Shown here in pieces: positions 32,428 to 40,993 of a stretch of DNA of 64,000 nt. The position numbers and the translations under genes are program-made. The DNA is taken from positions 9,570 through 73,569 of the forward strand of contig CAKSKB010000004.1 in assembly GCA_934464705.1 (NCBI GenBank), in the 5' to 3' direction. The notes beneath the pieces were generated by a model. The model saw nothing but the letters and a program-made list of their open reading frames with translations. It searched no databases and was not told the origin of the DNA. The number at the start of each line of letters is the position of its first letter. The first letter of the stretch is position 1. This stretch comes from an uncultured Clostridia bacterium. Lineage in GTDB: Bacteria > Bacillota > Clostridia > HGM11514.

Positions 32428-33462
32428 ATGAAAGCAGCAGTTTTTTACGGAAAACACGATTTAAGAATTGAAGACATTGCAATGCCTGAGCTTAAAGATG
32501 ACGAGGTGCTTGTAAAGGTCATGGCGTGCGGAATATGCGGAACAGACATACATATTTTTGAGGGTGATGAAGGGGCGGCGGCAACGCCGCGGGGAACGGT
32601 TCTCGGGCATGAGTTTTCGGGGATTGTTGAGAAAACGGGAAGAAATGTTAAAAATATCAAAATCGGCGACAGGGTGTACGTTGACCCGAACAAGCTTTGC
32701 GGAAACTGCTATTACTGCAAAAGCGCAATCGGGCACTTCTGCGAAAACATTGTCGGAATAGGCACAACGGTTAACGGTGGTTTTGAGCAATACTGCGCAG
32801 TTCCTCAAAGCCAAATATATAAAATCCCTTCCTCAACACCGTTTGAAGAAGCGGCAATGGCAGAACCGGTTGCGTGCTGTATGCACGGCATTGACCTTTG
32901 CAATATCAGAACCGACGATACGGTTCTTGTAATCGGCTGCGGCATGATAGGAATGATAATGCTTCAGCTCGCAGGGATTGCCGGAGCGGCAAGGATTATA
33001 GCTATTGAGCCTGACGGCGAAAAGCGCAGGCTTGCCGAAAAGCTCGGTGCACAGCTTTGCATTGACCCGACATCGGGCGATATTAAAGAGCAATTGTCGG
33101 ATAACGGAATCGACCGCATAACGAAGGTGATAGAATGTGTCGGAAGAGCCGAAACAATGGAACAGGCAGTAAGCCTTGCAGGCAAAAAAGCGACCGTCAT
33201 GTTTTTCGGCCTTACCGCACCTGACGATAAAATCAGTATAAAGCCTTTTGAAATTTTCAAAAAAGAGCTGGAAATAAAAGCTTCGTATATAAATCCGTAC
33301 ACCCAGCAAAGAGCGGTTGACGAAATAGTTTCGGGGCGGATTGATGTAAAATCGATGGTCAGCGAGATTATAAGTCTTGACAGACTGCCGGAGGTTCTGA
33401 CAGATAAAATATTAAGAAGAACGGGCAAATTTATTGTTGCGCCGAATTTGGAGGAGTTATGA
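32428..33462 (+). CDS. Zn-dependent medium-chain polyol dehydrogenase (sorbitol/threonine-DH-like)
   Basis: MKAAVFYGKHDLRIEDIAMPELKDDEVLVKVMACGICGTDIHIFEG carries the catalytic Zn site (C..H..E), structural Zn CGNCYYCKSAIGHFC, and Rossmann GCGMIGM. Start at the internal ATG with GGAGG. Confidence 0.85.
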   Translation: MKAAVFYGKHDLRIEDIAMPELKDDEVLVKVMACGICGTDIHIFEGDEGAAATPRGTVLGHEFSGIVEKTGRNVKNIKIGDRVYVDPNKLCGNCYYCKSAIGHFCENIVGIGTTVNGGFEQYCAVPQSQIYKIPSSTPFEEAAMAEPVACCMHGIDLCNIRTDDTVLVIGCGMIGMIMLQLAGIAGAARIIAIEPDGEKRRLAEKLGAQLCIDPTSGDIKEQLSDNGIDRITKVIECVGRAETMEQAVSLAGKKATVMFFGLTAPDDKISIKPFEIFKKELEIKASYINPYTQQRAVDEIVSGRIDVKSMVSEIISLDRLPEVLTDKILRRTGKFIVAPNLEEL

Positions 33463-34403
33463 AAAACACACTGTTTGCAATAGGCGAAGCGCTGATTGAT
33501 TTTATACCGTCGGAAACGGGATGTGATTTTTCGGATGTCAGGTCGTTCTCGCCAAAGATAGGCGGCGCACCGGCAAATGTGCTCGGGGCGTTCTCAAAAC
33601 TCGGCGGAAAAACGCAACTTATCACACAGCTCGGCGATGACCCGTTCGGGCACAAAATCGCCGCCGCACTGAAAAAATTCAATATAGGGCTTGAATATGT
33701 CCGATTCACAAAATGCGCAAATACGGCGCTTGCCTTTGTGAGCCTTGAAAAAGACGGCAAGCGGACATTCTCGTTTTACAGAAACCCCTCCGCCGATATG
33801 CTTTATTGCGGTGAAAATCTTGATGCGGCATCGTTTTCCGACTGCTTTGCGCTGCATTTCTGTTCTGTTTCGCTCGGCAATTTTCCGATGAAGGGGGCTC
33901 ATAAAAAAGCGATAAATCTTGCAAAGCAATCCGGTGCAGCCGTAAGCTTCGACCCGAACATCCGCCTGCCGCTGTGGAGCGATACCGGCGCTTTGAAAAA
34001 AGCTGTTGAAGAATTTCTGCCAATGGCGGACATTATAAAAGTGTCGGACGAAGAAACAGAGTTTATAACCGGCACAAAAGACATAGAAGAAGGCTGCAAA
34101 AAGCTCCTTAAAACCGCAAAGCTTGTTATCTGCACATGCGGCGAAAACGGATGTTATGCTTTTACCGAAAACGCACAGGCTTTTGCCCCGTCCGAAAAAG
34201 TTAAGGCGTGCGACACCACCGGTGCGGGTGACGCATTCATCGGCTCATTTCTTTACAGCCTTCACCGAAACGGTTGCGATAAGGCAAAACTGCACCTTCT
34301 GACCGACGACAAACTGAGAGAATTTTTAAAAGCCTCCTCCGCATACTGCGGAAAAAGCGTGCAGAAATACGGCGCAATAGAATCTTATCCCGACAGCATT
34401 TAA
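33459..34403 (+). CDS. PfkB-family carbohydrate kinase (fructokinase-like)
   Basis: IGEALIDFIP..GGAPANV N-terminus and DTTGAGDAF C-terminal motif. ATGA overlap with the dehydrogenase gene. Confidence 0.85.
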   Translation: MKNTLFAIGEALIDFIPSETGCDFSDVRSFSPKIGGAPANVLGAFSKLGGKTQLITQLGDDPFGHKIAAALKKFNIGLEYVRFTKCANTALAFVSLEKDGKRTFSFYRNPSADMLYCGENLDAASFSDCFALHFCSVSLGNFPMKGAHKKAINLAKQSGAAVSFDPNIRLPLWSDTGALKKAVEEFLPMADIIKVSDEETEFITGTKDIEEGCKKLLKTAKLVICTCGENGCYAFTENAQAFAPSEKVKACDTTGAGDAFIGSFLYSLHRNGCDKAKLHLLTDDKLREFLKASSAYCGKSVQKYGAIESYPDSI

Positions 34404-34413
34404 AATAATAAAA

Positions 34414-34451
34414 AATTGCCGCTCCGCGCAGAAGGAGCGACAACTTTTTTT
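34414..34451. terminator. Bidirectional terminator between the kinase (+) and thiT (-)
   Basis: TTGCCGCTCC-GCGCAGAA-GGAGCGACAA stem followed by CTTTTTTT; A-run on the other side. Confidence 0.65.
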
Positions 34452-34460
34452 AAAAGCGGG

Positions 34461-35009
34461 TTATTCTTTTATAAGCTTATTGATTGAAGGAATTTTGTAA
34501 ATAACAATTGTTCCTATAACCGTAAGTATAAGTTCGGGCAACATGTAAGCGCCGTTGTAGCAGAAGGAATAAGCGAATTTGTTCCAGCCTTTCCAAGCCA
34601 TTTCGCCGAACAGAACCGAGCCTGAAATAAAGTGGCAAACAAATCTGATAAATACGGCAAGGCTGATACCTGCGGTAACCTTTTCAATGCTCTTGTTGCC
34701 GAAAATTCCGGCAAGCCCGAGCGCGGTATATGCAAGAATGTAGTCAAATGCAAAAGAACCGATTAAGATTGCCGGTGTAAGCCCCCAGCTCATAAGCTCT
34801 CCGAGGTCGAGGAAAAGCTGAACGAGCGAATAAACAAATGCCGAAAACAGCCCCCACTTTGTCCCGTATTTAAGCGAAACAATCACAATCGGAACCATGC
34901 TCAAAAGCGTTACCGAGCCGCCCCACGGCATTTTCCAGATTTTGACCATGCTCAGCACAGCTGCGAGCGCAATCATAACTGCTGTGGTTACAAGTTTTTT
35001 TGTTTTCAT
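34461..35009 (-). CDS. thiT: ECF-transporter S component, thiamine transporter ThiT
   Basis: 182 aa, 6 TM, MKTKKLVTTAVMIALAAVLSMV...; immediately downstream of a TPP riboswitch. The caller's extra N-terminal 25 codons translate the riboswitch terminator hairpin. ATG at 35009 has AGGAG upstream. Confidence 0.8.
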   Translation of the reverse strand: MKTKKLVTTAVMIALAAVLSMVKIWKMPWGGSVTLLSMVPIVIVSLKYGTKWGLFSAFVYSLVQLFLDLGELMSWGLTPAILIGSFAFDYILAYTALGLAGIFGNKSIEKVTAGISLAVFIRFVCHFISGSVLFGEMAWKGWNKFAYSFCYNGAYMLPELILTVIGTIVIYKIPSINKLIKE

Positions 35010-35040
35010 CAGTAAAACAACTCCTAAAAATAATACTAAA

Positions 35041-35072
35041 ACAAAAACGACCGCAGGCAAAAAAGCCTGCGG
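35041..35072 (-). terminator. Intrinsic terminator of the TPP riboswitch expression platform
   Basis: Minus strand reads CCGCAGGC-UUUUUU-GCCUGCGG then UCGUUUUUGU; lies between the aptamer and the thiT RBS. Confidence 0.8.
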
Positions 35073-35087
35073 TGAGATTAACACATA

Positions 35088-35172
35088 TTCTCCTACGCCG
35101 GCATTATCCGGATCAGGTTATGGGTCGAAGCAAGCGCTTCCTCTCAGCCGTAACAGCTCCCCTTTGTTCTGC
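35088..35172 (-). promoter_or_regulatory. TPP (thiamine pyrophosphate) riboswitch, THI element
   Basis: Minus strand reads AGGGGAGCUGUUACGGCUGAGAGG...CGACCCAUAACCUGAUCCGGAUAAUGCCGGCGUAGGAG. This contains the invariant CUGAGA and ACCUGAUCYGGAUAAUGCCRGCGUAGG THI-box motifs. Confidence 0.92.
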
Positions 35173-35178
35173 AACTTA

Positions 35179-35207
35179 ATTATAGCATTAAATGCCTGTA
35201 TTGTCAA
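35179..35207 (-). promoter_or_regulatory. Consensus sigma-A promoter driving the TPP riboswitch and thiT
   Basis: Minus strand reads TTGACA-17 nt-TATAAT, a perfect consensus; TSS predicted ~7 nt before the aptamer. Confidence 0.8.
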
Positions 35208-35215
35208 GTAGTTTT

Positions 35216-35770
35216 TTACCACTTTTCGATTTTATCTCCGGTAACCAAAAATGCCTCTCTCGCAAGCTCGGCAAGGGGTGAGTCGGAACGGGAATCGGAA
35301 TAGAACCTATCCATTTTCGTACTTCCGAGGTATTCCTTCAATCTCGGCACTTTTTCCGCTCCGTAGCAGTTTTTGCCGGTGTACTTTCCGGTTTTTTTAT
35401 CTGCCTCGGAGGCAATAAGGTGCCTGATTCCGAGGCGGTCGCAGACAGGTTTCAAAAGAAAATAAGGCGACGCCGAAATAATCACATCATCATCGCATTT
35501 TTGTTTTAAGTACCACGGTTTTATATTTTTAATTTCGCCGTCCCAAAATCTTTCGACCTCCGCAGCAATATCCGGAACATATCGAAACGCCGAATACACA
35601 ACTTCCTTCATGGCGGTTTTATCTGTAATTTTAAGCCTGTACTTCAAAAATGCCAAAAGCTGCGCCGGAGCACGGAGCGCCATTTTCGGATACTTTTTCA
35701 GTAAATAAAAATAGAATCTTTTCGTGCTGTCAAAGTAATATATAGTTTTGTCAAAATCATAAGCATTCAT
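35216..35770 (-). CDS. HAD-superfamily hydrolase
   Basis: MNAYDFDKTIY carries HAD motif I (DxDxT). Start at the internal ATG that overlaps the upstream gene's stop (TAATG). Confidence 0.6.
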   Translation of the reverse strand: MNAYDFDKTIYYFDSTKRFYFYLLKKYPKMALRAPAQLLAFLKYRLKITDKTAMKEVVYSAFRYVPDIAAEVERFWDGEIKNIKPWYLKQKCDDDVIISASPYFLLKPVCDRLGIRHLIASEADKKTGKYTGKNCYGAEKVPRLKEYLGSTKMDRFYSDSRSDSPLAELAREAFLVTGDKIEKW

Positions 35771-36576
35771 TATAAATTCCTGCCATTCACAGTTAAAGTT
35801 TCGCCGAGGGTGACACTGAGCCATGCCCCGTCCTTCGCAGACGGAATCGAAATTCTTTTAATTCCGCCTATTTCATAGTCCTCGAATTTTTCATAAGCGC
35901 CGGCAAAGTGCGCCGCAACGTGCCCGCCGTTTTCGTTTATATACTGCACCGCACGGAGGAAGCTTTCAGTTGATTTGCCCATATAAACATAAGGGTCGGC
36001 GGTTCCTTCAAACCTCGAATCGGGTATGCAGTGCGAAAAAACAAGCACTCTCCGGCCTTTCGGCACCTTTGCGGCATCGTTTATGAGCCACGCAAGCTGC
36101 TCTGTATCGAAGCCCCTGAACTTCATATAAATCTCATTTTTCTCATCAAGCTGCGAAATATAAGGACAAAGAAAAAGCAGTCTTACGCCCTTATCCGGAA
36201 AATCCGCATAGTAATACGGCTTCCCGAAAAGCTTCACATTCCCGTTTTCTTCAAGAAATTCCGCGCGTTTTGTCCATTTTTCATCTGTTGTAATATCGGT
36301 TGCAAGCTGCCCGAGGAATCTTTCGTTTCTATAGCCATCGGTTTCACCCTGACAAACATAAAGCCTTTTGCTTTCTATGGAATTTCTGAACTTTTCAACC
36401 TCCATACCGTATACGCGGTCGGATACTTTTTCGGGATTGTTGCCGTTTATTATGTTCCCGAGGTGAACTGCGCAATCGAAATGCTCAACCTTATCCGCTT
36501 CGCTGATTTGCGCTGAAATATCCGCATCCGTAAGGCGCGAATCCGAAAGAAGCGCAAGCTTAAATATCTTATTCAC
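35770..36576 (-). CDS. Metallophosphoesterase (calcineurin-like), paralogue A
   Basis: LALLSDSR...FDCAVHLGNIINGN (motifs D-x-H, GD-x-x-x-R-like GN), GKPYYYADF, VFSHCIP (GH motif). Confidence 0.7.
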   Translation of the reverse strand: MNKIFKLALLSDSRLTDADISAQISEADKVEHFDCAVHLGNIINGNNPEKVSDRVYGMEVEKFRNSIESKRLYVCQGETDGYRNERFLGQLATDITTDEKWTKRAEFLEENGNVKLFGKPYYYADFPDKGVRLLFLCPYISQLDEKNEIYMKFRGFDTEQLAWLINDAAKVPKGRRVLVFSHCIPDSRFEGTADPYVYMGKSTESFLRAVQYINENGGHVAAHFAGAYEKFEDYEIGGIKRISIPSAKDGAWLSVTLGETLTVNGRNL

Positions 36577-36590
36577 TTTAATTCCTCCAA

Positions 36591-37535
36591 TCAGTACGAA
36601 ATCTCACGGTCTTCGCCCGCTCCGAAACGAACCATATGTATTTTTCGCTCTTTTGTGTCAATCGAAACCGCGTCCCATGCGTCCTCGGTAACCGTTCCGA
36701 GATTTCTTTCCGGGAACACACCGTCCCCCACCATGGGCCAAAGAGACGGAACATACGCCGTTTCGCAGGTTGTCATAATAAATGTCACTCCGCTGATTAC
36801 ACCGTTATAATCTCCGTGCTCATGCCCCAAAAACCATGCCGCAACGGTAAAACCGTTCTTTTCGGAATTGTCGCTTAACGCACGAAATGCCGCATACCCG
36901 TTTATCCGCTGATTATCCTCGCTTATCGGCGAAAAATAATCATTAAACGGAGTATCATGCGAAAACACCATAACCGTCCAGCCGCAGGGCGCATTAAAGC
37001 CTTCGTTTTTAAGCCATTCCACCTGACCCTCGCTTATACCGTACTTTTTGTCAAAAACGCCGTCCTTCCACTCATAATAAAAAGAACATATAAACACGAG
37101 CCTGATTTTTTTATCCTCAAAATCAACATAATAATACGGCTTTCCGTAAGGCCTTGTCACACGGCGGTCATCGTCAAGATACTTTGTCGCGCCGCACCAC
37201 AGTTCATCGGTTGCCATATCGTTTATGCCGTTTTCGGTATAGCCGTCATGATTGCCCTCGGCAGGGTAAAACGGCGCATTGACCGCCGCTCTCCAAAGCT
37301 CTGTCTGCTCACCGAGAAGCATTTCGGTATACCCTTTCGGGAAATTGCCGTTCATAAAATCGCCGAGATGTATAAGACAGTCAAACCCGACCTTTCCGTC
37401 AACCGCTTTTATGTTTTCCAAAGTGTCGCAAATCGAGTTGTCAAGATGCGAATCCGCAGCAAGCGCAAATGAAAAATCCGCTTTTTTGAACTGTTTGCAC
37501 ACGCGGTCACATTCATTTATATAATAATCCTTCAT
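36591..37535 (-). CDS. Metallophosphoesterase (calcineurin-like), paralogue B
   Basis: FALAADSHLD..FDCLIHLGDFMNGN..GNHDGY..GKPYYYVDF..VFSHDTP; clearly paralogous to the adjacent gene. GAAGGAG RBS at the internal ATG. Confidence 0.7.
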   Translation of the reverse strand: MKDYYINECDRVCKQFKKADFSFALAADSHLDNSICDTLENIKAVDGKVGFDCLIHLGDFMNGNFPKGYTEMLLGEQTELWRAAVNAPFYPAEGNHDGYTENGINDMATDELWCGATKYLDDDRRVTRPYGKPYYYVDFEDKKIRLVFICSFYYEWKDGVFDKKYGISEGQVEWLKNEGFNAPCGWTVMVFSHDTPFNDYFSPISEDNQRINGYAAFRALSDNSEKNGFTVAAWFLGHEHGDYNGVISGVTFIMTTCETAYVPSLWPMVGDGVFPERNLGTVTEDAWDAVSIDTKERKIHMVRFGAGEDREISY

Positions 37536-37551
37536 TAATAAACTCCTTCTT

Positions 37552-38967
37552 TCAGCACCAGTTTTTTGCAAGACCTCCGCCGCCGGTTTCGCGGTAGTTA
37601 ACCGACAAATCCCTGCCTGTTTCCTTCATTGTCTTGATAACATTGTCAAGCGAAATCCGCCTTGTATCGCTTAAGAAATCCGCCAGGCTGACTGCATTTA
37701 TCGCCCTCATTGCGGCAACTGCGTTTCTTTCGATACACGGAATCTGCACAAGTCCGCCGACGGGGTCGCAGGTAAGCCCCAGATGGTGCTCGATTGCGAT
37801 TTCCGCAGCGTACTCAATCTGTTCGGTTCTTAAAGAAAACAGCTCCCCGAGCATCGCCGCCGCCATGGCGCACGCCGTGCCGATTTCCGCCTGACAGCCG
37901 CCCTCCGCACCCGAAACGGTCGCATTGGTTTTAACAAGATTGCCCACAATTCCGCCGACTGCCAGCGCACGGATAACATCTTTGTCCTCAAATCCGTTTT
38001 TCTGCTGATAGTAGTAAAGCACCGCCGGCACAACCCCGGCAGAACCGCATGTCGGAGCGGTCACAACACGCTTTCCGCAGGCGTTTTCCTCGCTTACCGC
38101 AAAGGCGTACGAGCATACGATGCGGTTCTCGGCAGTTTGCGGAGTTTCGTCCATGTGCTTTTGATTGAAAAGATATTTCGCCTTCCTTACAACCCCCAAA
38201 TCCCCCGGGAGAACCGTACTTTTCGCCGAGAGCCCGGAATGTATGCAGTCCTTCATGACCGACCACACCTTAGAAAGATAATCGTTTATGCCCGGTTCCG
38301 CTTCTTCCACATATTCATAGAGCGTCAAATCGTTTTCGGCGCAATATCCGACAATATCCGAAAACGATGTATGCCTGTAAACATATTTATCCTCCGAATC
38401 GTCACCTTCGACCTCGATATCTCCGCCGCCTGCGCTTATAATCCTTTTACGGTCAGCCTCGGCACCGTCTTTGAACGCAATAAAATCCATAGTGTTCGGG
38501 TGAGGAATGTTCCTTTCGGTGTAGTCGCAGCGCACCGAAGTTTTGCCCTCCCCGAGAGAGGCCTTTATAATATCGTCCGTCCCGTAGCCGTACCCGATTT
38601 TCGCAAGCGAGCCGTAAAGAATCACCTCAAACCCGTCCGCCGAAGGGTTCCGCTTTGCAAAATATGCGGACGCACGCTCCGGTCCTATCGTATGCGAGCT
38701 TGACGGTCCCCTGCCGATTTTGAAAAGCTCGCGAAGCGACTTCATACCGGTTCTTGCGGGCTTTCCGCCGATTTCGGTTTCAAAAAAATATTCCATCGGA
38801 ACCTTAAAAATCCCGGCAAGGTTTTTGTAATTTTGTATGGACGGCTGAGAAATACCGTTTTCCCACTTCGACACCGCCCTGTTGCTGACATCAAGAAACG
38901 CCGCAAGTTCGCTTTGCGAAAGTCCGGCTTTTTTTCTCATTAATCTTATTTTTTCAGAATAGTTCAC
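37552..38967 (-). CDS. sdaA: L-serine dehydratase (single-chain, Fe-S dependent, SdaA type) with an N-terminal XRE-family HTH domain
   Basis: Residues ~80-475 align end to end with E. coli SdaA (FKIGRGPSSSHTIGP ... CGSAGVVPAVL ... CQAEIGTACAMAA ... GLTCDPVGGLVQIPCIERNA ... YRETGGGGLA). Residues 1-65 are a Cro/C1-type HTH (SEKIRLMRKKAGLSQSELAAFLDVSNRAVSKWENG). There is no stop codon between the two parts and no internal RBS. Start placed at GTG 38967 (GGTGGAG RBS); the caller used GTG 38979. Confidence 0.75.
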   Translation of the reverse strand: MNYSEKIRLMRKKAGLSQSELAAFLDVSNRAVSKWENGISQPSIQNYKNLAGIFKVPMEYFFETEIGGKPARTGMKSLRELFKIGRGPSSSHTIGPERASAYFAKRNPSADGFEVILYGSLAKIGYGYGTDDIIKASLGEGKTSVRCDYTERNIPHPNTMDFIAFKDGAEADRKRIISAGGGDIEVEGDDSEDKYVYRHTSFSDIVGYCAENDLTLYEYVEEAEPGINDYLSKVWSVMKDCIHSGLSAKSTVLPGDLGVVRKAKYLFNQKHMDETPQTAENRIVCSYAFAVSEENACGKRVVTAPTCGSAGVVPAVLYYYQQKNGFEDKDVIRALAVGGIVGNLVKTNATVSGAEGGCQAEIGTACAMAAAMLGELFSLRTEQIEYAAEIAIEHHLGLTCDPVGGLVQIPCIERNAVAAMRAINAVSLADFLSDTRRISLDNVIKTMKETGRDLSVNYRETGGGGLAKNWC

Positions 38968-39138
38968 GGGAATCTCCACCTTTGATTCTATTATACATTA
39001 TTTCGGCACAAAATGTCAATACTATATTCAACTTGCGGTTGATATTTTTTTATTTTAATTATTTTTTAAAAAAATGTAGACAAATGAAGAAAAATGGAGT
39101 ATAATTAATAGGATAAAATAATTTTAAGGAGTATCGTT

Positions 39139-39765
39139 ATGGGTAAATTATATGAAATGAATCATCCGCTTATTAAGGTAAAGGTAAGCATGCTTCGTGA
39201 TAAAAATACACCTGTTAAGCAGTTCCGCGATCTTGCTTACGAAATTTCGCTTCTTATGGGATATGAGGCAACAAAGGATCTGGAGCTTTCTGACTATGAG
39301 GTTGAAACTCCGATAACCAAAACCACCGGTAAATACATGGAAAAACAGGTAGCGCTTGTGCCGATTCTTCGTGCCGGCCTCGGAATGGTTGACGCTATGA
39401 TGAGCATAATTCCGGCGGCTAAGGTAGGGCATGTCGGGCTTTACCGCGACCCCGAAACCTTAGAGCCCGTGGAATACTACTGCAAGCTTCCTACCGACAT
39501 TGAGAAAAGACAGGTTCTTGTGCTCGACCCGATGCTCGCAACCGGCGGAAGCTCGTCTGCGGCAATTCAGTTTATAAAGAACCGCGGCGCAAATAAGATT
39601 AAGCTTGTGTGCCTCATCGGCGCACCGGAGGGTATCGAAAAGGTTATGAAGGATCACCCCGATGTTGATATATATGTTGCGTCGGTTGACGAAAAGCTTA
39701 ACGAACACGGATATATCGTACCGGGTCTGGGCGACGCCGGCGACAGACTTTTCGGAACACTTTAA
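39139..39765 (+). CDS. upp: Uracil phosphoribosyltransferase
   Basis: 208 aa with UPRTase PRPP-binding motif [13 protein letters not shown]. Confidence 0.92.
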   Translation: MGKLYEMNHPLIKVKVSMLRDKNTPVKQFRDLAYEISLLMGYEATKDLELSDYEVETPITKTTGKYMEKQVALVPILRAGLGMVDAMMSIIPAAKVGHVGLYRDPETLEPVEYYCKLPTDIEKRQVLVLDPMLATGGSSSAAIQFIKNRGANKIKLVCLIGAPEGIEKVMKDHPDVDIYVASVDEKLNEHGYIVPGLGDAGDRLFGTL

Positions 39766-39779
39766 GGAGAATTTTTGAT

Positions 39780-40940
39780 ATGATAAAAACATTTTTCACC
39801 TCCGAATCGGTCACGGAGGGGCATCCCGACAAGGTGTGCGACAGGATTTCGGATGCTGTGCTTGACGCAATACTGGAGCAGGATCCAACCGCAAGGGTTG
39901 CCTGCGAAACGGCCGTAACAACGGGGCTTGCACTTGTTATGGGCGAAATCTCGACCGAGTGTTATGTTGACATTGCAGGCATCGCAAGAAAAACAATAAA
40001 AGAAATCGGATATGACAACGCCTCCTGCGGATATGACGGGAACACCTGTGCGGTGCTTACATCAATCGATTCGCAGTCGCCCGACATTGCCCTCGGGGTG
40101 GACAACTCCCTTGAAGAAAAGGAAGGCGGAGAGGCAGAAATCGGCGCAGGCGATCAGGGCATGGTTTACGGATATGCGTGTGACGAAACGGAAGAATATA
40201 TGCCGATAACCATTCACTATGCCCATGCACTTTGCAGAAAACTCGCGGAAGTCCGCAAAAACGGAACGCTTCCTTATTTAAGACCGGACGGAAAGAGCCA
40301 GGTTACATTCGAGTTTCATGACGGGATTCCGGCGAGAGTTGATACAATCGTTGTTTCGGCCCAGCACGCAGAGGAAGCGGAACAGAAACAGATTGCACAG
40401 GACATTAAAAAGTATGTTATAGAGCCCGTTATAGACAAAAATTGGATTGACGAAAACACAAAAATCCTTGTTAATCCTACGGGTAAGTTTGTTGTCGGAG
40501 GGCCTCACGGAGATTCCGGTCTTACAGGCAGAAAAATCATTGTCGATACATACGGCGGCTGCGCAAGGCACGGCGGCGGTGCGTTTTCCGGCAAGGACCC
40601 GACGAAGGTTGACCGCTCTGCGTCATATGCTGCAAGGCACGCTGCCAAGAACATTGTTGCGGCAGGGCTTGCAAAGAAATGCGAGATTCAGCTTGCGTAC
40701 GCAATCGGCGTTGCAAAGCCTGTTTCTGTGTTTATCGAAACCTTCGGAACAAACACAATACCTATGGACGAGCTTTACGAAAGGTTTGAAAAAACATTCG
40801 ATATGCGCCCTGCGGCAATCATAAAAAGGCTTGACCTCCGCCGTCCGATTTACAAACAGACAGCGGCATACGGTCACTTCGGAAGAAGCGATATTGACCT
40901 TCCGTGGGAAAAACTCGATAAGGTTGAAGAACTTAAATAA
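39780..40940 (+). CDS. metK: S-adenosylmethionine synthetase
   Basis: [25 protein letters not shown] ... GAGDQG ... [16 protein letters not shown] are the MetK signatures. Confidence 0.93.
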   Translation: MIKTFFTSESVTEGHPDKVCDRISDAVLDAILEQDPTARVACETAVTTGLALVMGEISTECYVDIAGIARKTIKEIGYDNASCGYDGNTCAVLTSIDSQSPDIALGVDNSLEEKEGGEAEIGAGDQGMVYGYACDETEEYMPITIHYAHALCRKLAEVRKNGTLPYLRPDGKSQVTFEFHDGIPARVDTIVVSAQHAEEAEQKQIAQDIKKYVIEPVIDKNWIDENTKILVNPTGKFVVGGPHGDSGLTGRKIIVDTYGGCARHGGGAFSGKDPTKVDRSASYAARHAAKNIVAAGLAKKCEIQLAYAIGVAKPVSVFIETFGTNTIPMDELYERFEKTFDMRPAAIIKRLDLRRPIYKQTAAYGHFGRSDIDLPWEKLDKVEELK

Positions 40941-40993
40941 ATATTTGCGTAAAGGGTTGCCAGGCAGTCCTTTTTCAAAATCAGAGGTGACAT

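Noticed and set aside
35010-35084. Extra 25 N-terminal codons of the called 207-aa membrane protein
   Set aside because: They translate the TPP-riboswitch terminator hairpin (CCGCAGGC-U6-GCCUGCGG). The real thiT start is the ATG at 35009, which has an RBS.
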